From assembly GCA_050696355.1 (NCBI GenBank), contig JBOGVD010000083.1, positions 1 through 60,547 on the forward strand: a stretch of DNA of 60,547 bases, read 5' to 3'. Positions 26,688 to 36,910 of this stretch are shown here, piece by piece. The notes under the pieces are model-generated. The model was not told where the DNA came from, made no database searches, and saw only the letters and a program-made list of their open reading frames with translations. A program made the translations under genes and the position numbers. Source of the stretch: Actinomycetota bacterium (lineage in GTDB: Bacteria > Actinomycetota > UBA4738 > HRBIN12). Each line of letters begins with the position of its first letter. The first letter of the stretch is position 1.

Positions 26688-27851
26688 ATGAGCCTGGAGC
26701 CGGAACCGGAGCACCGGTTCTCCTTCGGCCTGTGGACCGTGGGCCACCCGGGTTTCGACCCGTTCGGCGACCCGGTCCGCGAGGTCCTCTCGCCCGTCCA
26801 GCTCGTCGAGCTCCTCGCCGAGGTCGGCGCGTGGGGTGTGAACCTGCACGACAACGACCTCGTGCCGGTCGATGCGAGCGCGCATGAACGCGACCAGATC
26901 GTGTCGGACTTCCAGAAGGCGCTCGACGCGACGGGGCTCGTCGTCCCGATGGCGACGACGAACCTCTTCCGCGATCCCGTCTTCCGCGACGGGGCCTTCA
27001 CCGCCAACGACCCCCGTGTCCGCGCCTACGCGATCCGGAAGACGATGCTGGCCATCGACCTCGGAGTCGAGCTCGGCGCCACGACGTACGTGTTCTGGGG
27101 CGGGCGAGAGGGCGTCGAGACCGATTCCTCGAAGGACCCGCTGGAGGCGCTTCGGTGGTACGCGGATGCGCTGAACTTCCTGTGCGCATACGTGCAGGAC
27201 CAGGGCTACGATCTCCGGTTCGCGCTCGAGCCGAAGCCGAACGAGCCGCGCGCCGACATCTACCTTCCGACGACGGGCGCGATGCTCGCGTTCATCGAGA
27301 CCCTCGACGCTCCCGAGATGGTCGGGGTCAATCCGGAGGCGGCGCACGAGCACATGGCCGGCCTGAACTTCACGCACCATGTCGCGCAGGCGTGGTCGAT
27401 GGGGAAGCTGTTCCACATCGACCTGAACGATCAGATCCCGGGTCGCTTCGATCAGGACCTGCGGTTCGGCTCGGCGAACCCGAAGGCGGCCTTCTTCCTC
27501 GTGAAGTTCCTCGAGGACGTGGGATACGAGGGCAGTCGGCACTTCGACGCCCACGCGTACCGGACCTCCGACTACGCCGACGTGAAGGCCTTCGCCCGCG
27601 GGTGCATGCGGACCTACCTGATCCTCAAGGAGAAGGCCGAGCGCTGGAACACGGACCCGGACGTCCAGGGACTGCTCGAACGGATCCGGGAGGACGACGG
27701 GACGACCGCGACGATCCTCGGCCCGTACTCGCCGGAGCGAGCGGCAGCGCTGCGCGAGGCCGATCTGGATCGCCGGGCGATCGCCGCGCGAGGCCAGCCC
27801 TACGAGGAGCTGGACCAGCTGACCGTCGAGATCCTGCTCGGCGTGCGGTGA
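26688..27851 (+). CDS. xylA: Xylose isomerase (class I, actinobacterial type)
   Basis: 387-aa [52 protein letters not shown] and HIDLNDQ are hallmark XylA motifs. Confidence 0.95.
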   Translation: MSLEPEPEHRFSFGLWTVGHPGFDPFGDPVREVLSPVQLVELLAEVGAWGVNLHDNDLVPVDASAHERDQIVSDFQKALDATGLVVPMATTNLFRDPVFRDGAFTANDPRVRAYAIRKTMLAIDLGVELGATTYVFWGGREGVETDSSKDPLEALRWYADALNFLCAYVQDQGYDLRFALEPKPNEPRADIYLPTTGAMLAFIETLDAPEMVGVNPEAAHEHMAGLNFTHHVAQAWSMGKLFHIDLNDQIPGRFDQDLRFGSANPKAAFFLVKFLEDVGYEGSRHFDAHAYRTSDYADVKAFARGCMRTYLILKEKAERWNTDPDVQGLLERIREDDGTTATILGPYSPERAAALREADLDRRAIAARGQPYEELDQLTVEILLGVR

Positions 27852-28690
27852 CGCTCCACGAGGTCGAGTTCGAAGGCCACCGCTCGGTCCGCGTCGACGG
27901 CGAGGCGTCGGAGCTGTTCGTCACGGTCTCGGTGGGCCCTCGGGTCCTCGGGTGCGTCGTCGGCGGCACGAACCTCTTCGCGGTCCTGCCCGAGGCGGAG
28001 CTGGATGCGCCCGGCGGCGAGCGGTACCGGCTGCTGGGCGGCCACCGGCTGTGGGCGGCGCCGGAGATCCCGGCGGTCACGTACCGTCCGGACGACCGAC
28101 CCTGCGAGACGACGGAGCTCGCGGACGGCGTCCGCGTCGAGGCGCCGCCGGACGGCGCGGGTCTGGTCAAGGCGATCGCGGTCCGCCCCGACGCCGGCGG
28201 CGGATGGATCGTGGAGCACGAGCTCCGGAACGCCTCCTCGTCGCCGGTCACGATCGCGCCGTGGGCGATCACGCAGCTCCGGCCGGGTGGCGAGGCGGTC
28301 CTGCCGGTGCCGGCACGAGGGATCGGTCCGCAGGCAGATCGGTCCCTCGTGCTCTGGCCCTACACGGACCTCGGCGACCGGCGGATCCGGACCGGCCGCA
28401 GGGAGGTCCGCGTCGACGCCTCGACGGACGGCCCGCCGACGAAGGTCGGCGTGGCCCCGAGCGACGGCCGGATCGCGTACCGGTTGGGTGGGTACGCGTT
28501 CGAGAAACGGATCGAGCTCGACCCGGACGGCGTGTATACCGACCGTGGCGCGGCGGTCCAGGTCTACATCGGCGGCGGCTGCTGTGAGCTGGAGACGCTG
28601 GGCCCGCTGCGCGAGCTCGCTCCCGGCGGGCGGGCGGAGCACCGCGAACGGTGGTCGCTCCGCTCGTCGGACGCGCCGGGCCGGCCGTGA
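27848..28690 (+). CDS. Galactose-mutarotase-like fold protein (putative aldose/xylose epimerase)
   Basis: GTG at 27848 overlaps the xylA stop (GTGA), within ORF 27155..28690. [12 protein letters not shown] ... PWAITQL pattern and beta-rich composition. Sandwiched between xylA and xylB. Confidence 0.6.
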   Translation: MTLHEVEFEGHRSVRVDGEASELFVTVSVGPRVLGCVVGGTNLFAVLPEAELDAPGGERYRLLGGHRLWAAPEIPAVTYRPDDRPCETTELADGVRVEAPPDGAGLVKAIAVRPDAGGGWIVEHELRNASSSPVTIAPWAITQLRPGGEAVLPVPARGIGPQADRSLVLWPYTDLGDRRIRTGRREVRVDASTDGPPTKVGVAPSDGRIAYRLGGYAFEKRIELDPDGVYTDRGAAVQVYIGGGCCELETLGPLRELAPGGRAEHRERWSLRSSDAPGRP

Positions 28691-30177
28691 GCGTCGTCCT
28701 CGGCCTCGACGTGTCCACGACGGCCACGAAGGCCGTCGCGATCCGTCCGGACGGGACGGTGGCGGCCGCGGCGTCGTCCGACTACGCGTACGAGACCCCA
28801 CGGCCGCTCTGGAGCGAACAGGATCCGGCGCGCTGGTGGGAGGGCACGGTGACCGTCGTCCGCGCGGTACTCGAGGCCGGCGGCCTCCGCGGCGCGGACG
28901 TCGAGGCGATCGGCCTCGCCGGGCAGATGCATGGGCTCGTGCTGCTCGATCGGGAAAGACGCGTCCTCCGGCCGGCGATCCTGTGGAACGACCAGCGGAC
29001 CGGAGCGGAGTGCGACCTGATCCGCGAGGTCGTCGGCCGGGATCGGCTGATCCGCCTGACGGGCAACGACGCGCTCCCGGGGTTCACGGCGCCCAAGATC
29101 GTGTGGGTCCACCGGCACGAGCCCGACGTCTGGAGACGGATCGCGCACGTGCTGCTCCCGAAGGATCAGGTGCGGTTCCGCCTGACCGGCGAGCTCGCGA
29201 CCGACCGCGCCGACGCGTCTGGCACGCTGCTGCTCTCGCTCGCGGACCGCGATTGGTCTCCGGAGGTGGTCGAGGCGCTCGACGTCGATCCGTCCTGGCT
29301 CCCGCGCACGTACGAGGGTCCGGACGTGACCGGCGTCCTCTCAGCCGATGCTGCCGAGGCGACCGGTCTGCGGGCCGGAACGCCGGTCGTTGCCGGCGGC
29401 GGCGACCAGGCGGCCGCGGCCGCCGGCCTCGGCGCCGTCCGGCCCGGCATCGTCTCGGTCTCGCTCGGGACCTCCGGCGTCGTGTTCGCGACCACCGACG
29501 GTCCGTCCGTGGATCCGGGTGGTCGCCTCCACGCGTTCTGTCACGCCGTCCCCGACCGCTGGCACGTGATGGGGGTGATGCTCTCGGCCGCCGGGAGCCT
29601 CCGCTGGTTGCGCGACGCGATCGCGCCGGGGACAGCCTTCGACGAGCTGGTCGAGCAGGCGTCCGGCGTCCCGGCCGGGAGCGACGGGCTGCTATTCCTC
29701 CCCTACCTCACCGGCGACCGGACGCCCCACCCGGACCCGCTGGCTCGAGGCGCGTTCGTCGGTCTGACGGTCCGGCACGGGGGACCCCACCTCGTCCGGG
29801 CGGTGCTCGAAGGGGTCGCCTTCGGCCTCCGCGACTCGTTCGAGCTGATGGACGCGCTCGGCCTGCCCCGGCCGGCGCACGTGCGGATCACCGGGGGCGG
29901 GAGTCGGAGCGCGCTCTGGCGTCGTGTCCTCGCCGACGTCGTCCGGACGAGCGTCGTCACGACCTCGTCGGCCGAGGGCGCCGCGCAGGGCGCCGCCACG
30001 CTCGCGGCGGTGGGCGCCGGCTGGTTCCCGACGGTCGACGCGGCGTGCGGTGCGACGATCGAGCTCGGCGAGCCCATCGACCCCGGTCCGGACGCCGACA
30101 CGTACGACGAGGGCTACGGTCGGTACCGCACGCTCTACCCGGCCCTTCGGCCGACCTTCCACGCGACCCCGGCCTAG
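28687..30177 (+). CDS. xylB: Xylulokinase (FGGY family)
   Basis: GTG at 28687 overlaps the upstream stop (GTGA). VLGLDVSTTATKAV, IGLAGQMHG, ILWNDQR, GGGDQAAAAAG and ITGGGSRS are FGGY/XylB motifs. Confidence 0.9.
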   Translation: MSVVLGLDVSTTATKAVAIRPDGTVAAAASSDYAYETPRPLWSEQDPARWWEGTVTVVRAVLEAGGLRGADVEAIGLAGQMHGLVLLDRERRVLRPAILWNDQRTGAECDLIREVVGRDRLIRLTGNDALPGFTAPKIVWVHRHEPDVWRRIAHVLLPKDQVRFRLTGELATDRADASGTLLLSLADRDWSPEVVEALDVDPSWLPRTYEGPDVTGVLSADAAEATGLRAGTPVVAGGGDQAAAAAGLGAVRPGIVSVSLGTSGVVFATTDGPSVDPGGRLHAFCHAVPDRWHVMGVMLSAAGSLRWLRDAIAPGTAFDELVEQASGVPAGSDGLLFLPYLTGDRTPHPDPLARGAFVGLTVRHGGPHLVRAVLEGVAFGLRDSFELMDALGLPRPAHVRITGGGSRSALWRRVLADVVRTSVVTTSSAEGAAQGAATLAAVGAGWFPTVDAACGATIELGEPIDPGPDADTYDEGYGRYRTLYPALRPTFHATPA

Positions 30178-31178
30178 CGGGAGCCGCCCTCCGCCGCTTC
30201 GACGATCCGGTCGAGCACACGCATGTTCGCGACGGCGTCCTCGGGCGGGATCGGCACCGGCTCGTCCTCGAGCACCGCGCGCGCGAAGCGCGCCGCCTGG
30301 ATCTCGTACTGATCCGCCGGCTCGAACGTGAGGACCTCCGACGCCGGTGCGACGGGCGGCTCGCCGCCGGCCGTCACCGTCACCTCCGTCGGCAGGTCGG
30401 GCGGGATGTTGAAGGGGATCCCGACCGAGATCCGACCACGCTCGCCCGAGACATGGACGTGTTGGTCGGGTTCGAGCTGCGTCGCGCACGTGAACGTCGC
30501 GACGCCGTCCCCGAACCTCAGGATCGCGCTCGTGAGGATGTCGACACCCGATCCGGCGTCGCGGGTGACCGACGCCTGGACGCTGTCCGGCTCGGCGCCG
30601 AACAGCATCCGCGAAGCGTCGACGGCGTAGCAGCCGATGTCCATCAGCGCTCCCCCGCCGGCCTCGCGGATGTTGCGGATGTTCGCCGGGTCGTCGTTGA
30701 AGTACGAGAACCGCGTTTGGACCGCGCCGAGCGCCCCGATCTTCCCCCCCGCCACCAGTTCGCGGACGGCCTCCCACGACGGGTGGAGGCGGTACATGAA
30801 CGCCTCCATCAACCGGACGCCGGCGGTGGCGCAGGCGTCGATCATCGCCTGCGCCTCCGCGGCGTGCATCGCGAGCGGCTTCTCGCAGAGGACGTGCTTG
30901 CCGGCCCGCGCGGCGGCGATCGCCCACTCGCCGTGCAGGTGGTTGGGCAGCGGCACGTACACGGCGTCGACCTCGTCGTCGGCGAGGAGGTCCTCGTAGG
31001 AGCCGTGCGCACGGGGGATCCCGAACCGGCCCGCCACCTCGTCGGCGCGGGCGCGATCACGCGAGGCGATCGCGACCACCTCACACCGATCGGCGCGTTG
31101 GATCGCGGGGATCACCTTGCGGACGCCGATCCGGGCGGTCGACAGCACACCCCAGCGGAGAACCCCGTGTCCGCTCAT
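30174..31178 (-). CDS. Gfo/Idh/MocA family oxidoreductase
   Basis: ATG at 31178 within ORF 30174..31361. LRWGVLSTARIG (Rossmann), VYVPLPNHLH, HVLCEKPLA. ATGA overlap with the SDR gene. Confidence 0.9.
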   Translation of the reverse strand: MSGHGVLRWGVLSTARIGVRKVIPAIQRADRCEVVAIASRDRARADEVAGRFGIPRAHGSYEDLLADDEVDAVYVPLPNHLHGEWAIAAARAGKHVLCEKPLAMHAAEAQAMIDACATAGVRLMEAFMYRLHPSWEAVRELVAGGKIGALGAVQTRFSYFNDDPANIRNIREAGGGALMDIGCYAVDASRMLFGAEPDSVQASVTRDAGSGVDILTSAILRFGDGVATFTCATQLEPDQHVHVSGERGRISVGIPFNIPPDLPTEVTVTAGGEPPVAPASEVLTFEPADQYEIQAARFARAVLEDEPVPIPPEDAVANMRVLDRIVEAAEGGSR

Positions 31179-31882
31179 CCCCACGACGGCTCCGTCGCGG
31201 GCCGGAACGCGACCTCGAGGATCCGGTGGCTCCGGGGGCGCGTCAGGACGAACAGCACGGTCTCGGCGACGTCCTCCGCGGACATCATGCCCTCGAGTTC
31301 GGGCATGTCGGGCGTCCGGCCGCGGCCCATCGCGAAGTCGGTGGCGACGCCGCCGGGGCACACGTTCGTGCAGCGGACCCCGAGCGGCCGGAGCTCGTGG
31401 TCGAGCGCACGGGTGAACCCGACCTGGGCGAACTTCGACGAGCAGTACACCGCCTCGAACGGGAGCCCCCGGCGACCTGCCTCCGAAGCGAGGGTCACGA
31501 GATCGGCGGCCTCGCTGCGGAGCAGGTGGGGCAGGGCTGCCCGGACCGTGTGGATCGTGCCGCGAACGTTCACGTCGATCATCTCGTCGATCTGCTCGGC
31601 GGGCAGCTCGAGGAACGGGCCGTACGCGCCGACGCCCGCGTTCGCCACGACGATGTCGAGGCCGCCGAACGCGTCGACCGTGTCCGCGACGATGCGCGCG
31701 AGCGCGTCGGGGTCACGGACGTCCGTCGGACGAGCGACCGATCCCTCGATCGCGAGGTCCTCCCCGTTCCTGGACGCGAGCCCGAGCCGCGCCCCTTCGC
31801 CCGCCAGCGACCGGGCGACCGCCGCGCCGATCCCACGGCTCGCTCCCGTCACGAGCGCCACCTTCCCCTCCAGCCTCCCCAT
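31175..31882 (-). CDS. Short-chain dehydrogenase/reductase (SDR)
   Basis: ATG at 31882 within ORF 31175..32194. TGASRGIG, NAGV and YCSSK (YxxxK) motifs. Confidence 0.9.
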   Translation of the reverse strand: MGRLEGKVALVTGASRGIGAAVARSLAGEGARLGLASRNGEDLAIEGSVARPTDVRDPDALARIVADTVDAFGGLDIVVANAGVGAYGPFLELPAEQIDEMIDVNVRGTIHTVRAALPHLLRSEAADLVTLASEAGRRGLPFEAVYCSSKFAQVGFTRALDHELRPLGVRCTNVCPGGVATDFAMGRGRTPDMPELEGMMSAEDVAETVLFVLTRPRSHRILEVAFRPATEPSWG

Positions 31883-32036
31883 CGTGCCTCCTTCGATCCG
31901 ACGGTGCGGGTCCAGCATGGCCCACCGCGGGCCGCCGCGGCGAAAACGCAGGTCGTTGGCTTGACGCGGCCGTCGGGACCCCCCTACCGTCGGGCGTCCG
32001 CGACGGTCGACGACGGCCGACGGCGACGGAGGGAGG

Positions 32037-33749
32037 ATGGTGGAGGGCGGACCCGGGCGGAGCATCCCGAGGGTCGTCGCGGCCCTCCTCCTGACCGTCG
32101 CCTGCACCGGAGCTCCCTCGCCGGCGTCGGTCCGGACCGGCACGCCGACGCCGGATGTCGTCCGATACCGGGATGTGGCCGAGGACGTCGGCATCTCCTT
32201 CCACCACGGCGCCTTCCGCTGGGAGGTGTCGGCGGACCCGGGAGCGATGCTCGGAGGCGGCGTCTGCTGGCTCGACTACGACGAGGACGGCTGGGTCGAC
32301 CTGTACGCGGTGAACTCCTACGCGAACGCGGAGGCATCGAGGTGGGCCAACGAAGGGGGTCTCCCCGCGAACGCGCTGTTCCACAACGTCGAAGGCCGGT
32401 TCGAGGACGTGAGCGAGGCGTCGGGCGCGGGGCTCGCGATGCGTGGCAACGGCTGCGTCGCCGCCGACTTCGATCTCGACGGGCACACGGATCTCTACGT
32501 GACGGCCACGGACGCGAGCGAGCTCCTCTGGAACCGAGGTGATGGGACGTTCGAACGGGGCGCCGAGGCGGCGGGGGTGCAGGCGTTCGGCTGGCGTGCC
32601 GGGGCCACCGTGGGCGACGTCAACGAAGACGGGTGGCCGGACCTGTTCGTGAGCGGCTACGTGGATCTGAACGTCCCGATCGAGGGCGCCACGATCGGCT
32701 TCCCGAACACGTACGCGGGCGTCCGCGACCTGCTCTTCCTGAACGAGGGCCGGGGCGACGGCGACCGCGTCACCTTCCGGGAGGTGGGCATGGACGCCGG
32801 CCTCGAGGTGGCGAACTTCGAGTATGGCTTGGGCGCCGTGTTCTCCGATCTGGATGTCGACGGCGATCTCGATCTCTACCTCGCGAACGACTCGAAGCCG
32901 AACCGTCTCTACGACAACGTGCCGTGGCCGGGCGGCGCGGAGGCGGACCCGGCGGGGCTCGGCTTCCGGTTCGAGGAGCTCGCGGCGAGGGCGGGCGTGG
33001 CGGACCCCAACGCCGGCATGGGCGTGGCCGACGGCGACTTCGACGGCGACGCCAGGCCGGACCTCTTCGTGACGAACGCGAGAGCACAGGTCCACGCCGC
33101 CTACCGCGGGCAGGTCTCCGAGCTGGTCGACCCCTCGTTCGCCGACGTCCGCGACGGGCTGGGCGTCGCGCTCGGCGGCTCCACCGGATGGGGCGTCTCC
33201 TGGAACGACCTCGACCTCGATACGGACCTGGACCTCGTCCTCGTCAACGGCGGCATCCCGGTCAGGGATCTCGCCGCCGACGCCGAGCCCGTGCAGGCCT
33301 TCGGGAACCTGACCGCCCAGGGCCGGGTCGGCCTGTTCGAGGACCTGGGGACGATCGTCGGGCTCCACGACGTCGGACCGCTCGTGGCCCGCGGGAGCGC
33401 GGCCGCCGACTACGACAACGACGGCGACCTCGACATCGCGATCAACTCGATCGGGGGCCCGCTCGTGCTGCTGGAGAGCTCCGGGGCCGCCGGGAACTGG
33501 CTGGAGGTCGCCGTGGACAGGTTCGCCTCCGGCGCGCTGCTCGAGGCGGTCCTGCCCGACGGACGGACGCTCGTGCGGGAGTCCTTCGCCGGGAGCAGCT
33601 ACCTCTCCTCGGAGGATCCGCGCTTCCATCTCGGCCTCGGAACGCACGGACGCGTCGCTGACCTGACGGTCCGCTGGCCGGGCGGCGAGGAGACGGTCCT
33701 CGAGGACGTCGCCGCGAACCAGATCGTAGTGGTGGAGGCGCCCGGATGA
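32037..33749 (+). CDS. CRTAC1-like FG-GAP/VCBS repeat protein with ASPIC/UnbV C-terminal domain (secreted or lipoprotein)
   Basis: 570-aa ORF. Signal peptide ending in TVAC. Repeated D-x-D-x-DG-x-x-D[LI] motifs (DYDEDGWVDLY, DFDLDGHTDLY, DVNEDGWPDLF, DLDVDGDLDLY, DFDGDARPDLF, DYDNDGDLDIA). C-terminal GSSYLSSEDPRFHLGLG is typical of UnbV/ASPIC. Confidence 0.85.
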   Translation: MVEGGPGRSIPRVVAALLLTVACTGAPSPASVRTGTPTPDVVRYRDVAEDVGISFHHGAFRWEVSADPGAMLGGGVCWLDYDEDGWVDLYAVNSYANAEASRWANEGGLPANALFHNVEGRFEDVSEASGAGLAMRGNGCVAADFDLDGHTDLYVTATDASELLWNRGDGTFERGAEAAGVQAFGWRAGATVGDVNEDGWPDLFVSGYVDLNVPIEGATIGFPNTYAGVRDLLFLNEGRGDGDRVTFREVGMDAGLEVANFEYGLGAVFSDLDVDGDLDLYLANDSKPNRLYDNVPWPGGAEADPAGLGFRFEELAARAGVADPNAGMGVADGDFDGDARPDLFVTNARAQVHAAYRGQVSELVDPSFADVRDGLGVALGGSTGWGVSWNDLDLDTDLDLVLVNGGIPVRDLAADAEPVQAFGNLTAQGRVGLFEDLGTIVGLHDVGPLVARGSAAADYDNDGDLDIAINSIGGPLVLLESSGAAGNWLEVAVDRFASGALLEAVLPDGRTLVRESFAGSSYLSSEDPRFHLGLGTHGRVADLTVRWPGGEETVLEDVAANQIVVVEAPG

Positions 33750-35587
33750 GGCGAACCGCCGTCTGGGTCATGGCCGTCCTGGTCGCGACGCTCCTGTCGG
33801 GATGCACGGGCGACGCCGGCTATCTGACCCCGGACTGCGTCCGCGGAGACCTGGAAGGACGCTCGGTCGCGCACGTGTGGGACGAAGCGCTCCTCGACGC
33901 GGTCCGCCGGGACGTCCCGGCCCCCACGGTCCACGCCCGCAACCTGTTCCATACCTCGACGGCGATGTGGGACGCCTGGGCAGCCTACGAGCCGCGCGCG
34001 TCGGGGTACTTCGTCGAGGAGAAGCTCGAGGCAGACGACGTCCGCGCCGCGCGGGAGGCCGCGATCAGCTACGCCGCGTACCGCGTCCTGCTGTGGCGAT
34101 ACTCGAAGGCGTCGGGGCTCCAGGAGACGTTCGACGAGCTGACCCGCACGATGGACACGCTCTGCTACCGGATCGACTACACGACCACGGAGGGCGACGA
34201 ACCGGCCGCCCTCGGAAACCGCATCGCCGCCGCCGTGATCGAGGCCGGTCGAGATGACGGCGCGTTCGAAGAGCGACGCTACGTCGACACGGGCTACGCG
34301 CCGGCGAACCCTCCGTTGGTCGTGAGCGAGCGCGAGGTGCGGATGCCGGACCCGAACCGATGGCAGCCGCTCGCGCTGGCGCGGATCGTCGCACAGAACG
34401 GCCTGCCGATCCCCGGCAGCGTGCAGCGCTTCGTCGGACCGCACTGGGGGCGCGTTCGTGGGTTCGCCCTCCCGGCGTCGCCCGACGGCGTGCCGATCGA
34501 CCCCGGGCCCCCGCCGAGGCTGCGGGAGCGCACCGACGCGGCCTTCAAGCGCGCGGCGGTCGAGGTGCTCCGAAGCAGCGCGGAGCTCGATCCCGGCGAC
34601 GGCGTCATGATCGACATCTCGCCCGGCGCCCTCGGTGACAACCCGCTCGGGACGAACGACGGGAACGGGCACGAGGTGAACCCCATGACCGGCGATCCGT
34701 ACGAGCCGAACGTGGTCCTGCGCGGCGACTTCCGGCGGGTCCTCGCCCAGTTCTGGGCGGACGGACCCGCCTCCGAGACACCGCCGGGGCACTGGAACAC
34801 GATCGCGAACGAGGTCTCGGACCAGCTCGGATCCCACCGGATCGGCGGCGAGGGACCCGCCGTCGACCGCCTCGAGTGGGACGTGAAGCTCTACTTCGCG
34901 CTGAACGGCGCGGTCCACGACGCGGCGGTAGCAGCGTGGGGCGTGAAGGGCCACTACGACTCCGTTCGGCCGATCTCAATGATCCGATACATGGGGAGCC
35001 GGGGTCAGTCGAGCGATCCCGCGCTGCCGTCCTACGACCCCGACGGCCTCCCGCTCGTCCGCGGCCTCGTCGAGCCGATCACCAGGCGGTCGAGCGCCTC
35101 CGGGAACGAGCACGAGCATCTGGCCGACCACATCGGCGAGATCGCCGTGTACGCATGGCGGGGGAACCCAGAGGACCCGGCCGGCACCACGAGCGGAGGC
35201 GGCTGGATCCTCGCGACCGACTGGGTGCCGTACCAGCTGGAGACATTCGTGACGCCCGCCTTCGCCGGCTACGTCTCCGGGCACAGCACGTTCAGCCGCG
35301 CGGCGGCCGAGGTCATGACGGCCTTCACCGGCAGCGCGTTCGTCCCGGGCGGCCTCGCCGAGCGGACGGTGGCGGCCGATGCGCTCGCCGTCGACCGAGG
35401 TCCCAGCGAGGACGTCACGCTGCAATGGGCCACGTACCACGACGCCGCGGACCAGGCTGGGATCTCACGGATCTTCGGCGGGATCCACATCTCGGCCGAC
35501 GACGTCGAGGGCCGGAAGATCGGATCGATCTGTGGGAAGGACGCCTGGACCCTCGCGCTGCGCTACTTCGACGTATCCGCCGGCTGA
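33746..35587 (+). CDS. Vanadium-dependent haloperoxidase-like / PAP2-superfamily lipoprotein
   Basis: 613-aa ORF with ATGA overlap to the upstream gene. Lipobox LLSGC. C-terminal acid-phosphatase/V-haloperoxidase motifs YVSGHSTFSRAAA and SRIFGGIHISADD. Confidence 0.75.
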   Translation: MRRTAVWVMAVLVATLLSGCTGDAGYLTPDCVRGDLEGRSVAHVWDEALLDAVRRDVPAPTVHARNLFHTSTAMWDAWAAYEPRASGYFVEEKLEADDVRAAREAAISYAAYRVLLWRYSKASGLQETFDELTRTMDTLCYRIDYTTTEGDEPAALGNRIAAAVIEAGRDDGAFEERRYVDTGYAPANPPLVVSEREVRMPDPNRWQPLALARIVAQNGLPIPGSVQRFVGPHWGRVRGFALPASPDGVPIDPGPPPRLRERTDAAFKRAAVEVLRSSAELDPGDGVMIDISPGALGDNPLGTNDGNGHEVNPMTGDPYEPNVVLRGDFRRVLAQFWADGPASETPPGHWNTIANEVSDQLGSHRIGGEGPAVDRLEWDVKLYFALNGAVHDAAVAAWGVKGHYDSVRPISMIRYMGSRGQSSDPALPSYDPDGLPLVRGLVEPITRRSSASGNEHEHLADHIGEIAVYAWRGNPEDPAGTTSGGGWILATDWVPYQLETFVTPAFAGYVSGHSTFSRAAAEVMTAFTGSAFVPGGLAERTVAADALAVDRGPSEDVTLQWATYHDAADQAGISRIFGGIHISADDVEGRKIGSICGKDAWTLALRYFDVSAG

Positions 35588-36657
35588 GCCGCGAGCTGGA
35601 CCGTCGTCCCCGTGCGGGCGCTCTCGCGCGCGGCCTCGAGGACCTCGAGACCGGCGATCGCGTCCCGCGGGTCGACCGGGGGGCCGGCTCCGGAGCGCAT
35701 CGCCTCCGCCACCCCGGCGTAATAGGTCTCATAGGCCCCCGGCCGCGACTCGACGATCTCCACGCCGTCACCGGTCGACAAGCTGCCCCATGCTCCCTCG
35801 GGCTCGCGGCCCCACCTTTCCTCGCCGGGCAGTCCACCCGCCGCCAGGGCATCCTCCTGGACGTCCATCCCGTACTTCTCGAACGTGCCGCGGGCCCCGA
35901 GGAGGCGGAACCGAGGACCCGGCGCGGCGGCCAGCACGCTCGCCCACAGGTGGGTGCGAACGGTCCCAGGATGCTCCAGCGCCAGGAAGACGTCGTCGTC
36001 CACCTGGACGCCCTCCCGACGGCGATCGACCTCGGCGTAGACACGAGTGGGTCGCCCGAACAGGACGATCGCCTGGTCGACCAGGTGGCTCCCCAGGTCG
36101 AACAAGAGACCGCCCGCCTCCTCGGGTGCCCCCAGCTCTCGCCACGCGCCCGCCTGCGAGCTGGGTTTCCATCGTTCGTACCGCGACTCGAACCGGTGGA
36201 TCGGGCCGAGCCGGCCCTCCTCGACGAGCCCCTGCACGGTGAGGAAGTCGGCGTCCCAGCGCCGGTTCTGGAAGACCGAGAAGAAGAGGCCGCGTTCGGC
36301 CGCGGCGGACGCGAGGGTGCGGCTGGCGGCCGCCGTCGCGGCCAGCGGCTTGTCGATGACCACGGCGAGGCCCGATCGGAGCGCCTCGAGACCGAGCGGG
36401 ACGTGGCTGCGGTTCGGCGTGGAGACGACCACGAGGTCATGGTCGTCCGACGCTTCCCAGATCGCCTCGGGCCGGTCGACGATGCGCGCGGACGGGTACC
36501 GCCCCCGCGCCCGCGTCTGCCGCTCGGGATCGCTCGTCACGATCGTGACGAGGGACAACCCCGGCGCCGACGCGATCAGCGGCGCGTGGAAGACCTCACC
36601 TCCGAGGCCGTAGCCGATCAACGCGACGCGGATCGCATCGCCCGCTCCTGCAGCCAC
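35563..36657 (-). CDS. Gfo/Idh/MocA family oxidoreductase
   Basis: 364-aa ORF. IRVALIGYGLGG, VVVSTPNRSH, AVVIDKPLA. Confidence 0.9.
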   Translation of the reverse strand: MAAGAGDAIRVALIGYGLGGEVFHAPLIASAPGLSLVTIVTSDPERQTRARGRYPSARIVDRPEAIWEASDDHDLVVVSTPNRSHVPLGLEALRSGLAVVIDKPLAATAAASRTLASAAAERGLFFSVFQNRRWDADFLTVQGLVEEGRLGPIHRFESRYERWKPSSQAGAWRELGAPEEAGGLLFDLGSHLVDQAIVLFGRPTRVYAEVDRRREGVQVDDDVFLALEHPGTVRTHLWASVLAAAPGPRFRLLGARGTFEKYGMDVQEDALAAGGLPGEERWGREPEGAWGSLSTGDGVEIVESRPGAYETYYAGVAEAMRSGAGPPVDPRDAIAGLEVLEAARESARTGTTVQLAAQPADTSK

Positions 36658-36728
36658 GCGAGTGCCTCCTTCCGGGTCCGGGACGGGATCGCAGCTCCAG
36701 ATAGTGACACGTGGAGGACGATGTCCTC

Positions 36729-36869
36729 ATGCGCAAGGTAGCCGCGGCAGCGGGGACGTCCCTGTTCTTCGCGATGGCGCCGGGGGTCGTCGCCGGCCTG
36801 ATCCCCTGGATGCTCACCGGCTGGAAGGTTCGACAGACCGTTGGTGACCGTCTCGCCTGCGGAGCATGA
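36729..36869 (+). pseudogene. N-terminal relic of an isoprenylcysteine-carboxyl-methyltransferase-like membrane protein
   Basis: 46-codon ORF MRKVAAAAGTSLFFAMAPGVVAGLIPWMLTGWKVRQTVGDRLACGA*. The FFxxAPGxVAGLxPWxLTGW pattern is the usual N-terminus of ICMT/PEMT-type methyltransferases (from memory). The rest of the gene is absent: the GT39 stop is at 36911. Confidence 0.5.
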
Positions 36870-36910
36870 GGACTCTTCGTGATCAGGGATGTGACGCGAG
36901 CGAGTGAGCC

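Noticed and set aside
28005-31964. Very long ORFs without family similarity. Examples: the 1319-aa ORF 28005..31964 (+), the 1069-aa ORF 2848..6057 (-), the 644-aa ORF 31713..33647 (-) and the 609-aa ORF 54249..56078 (-).
   Set aside because: Their translations are Arg/Pro/Gly/Ala-rich low complexity. They run antisense or out of frame across genes with strong family motifs, and they cross gene boundaries on both strands. These are typical open-frame artefacts of very GC-rich DNA.
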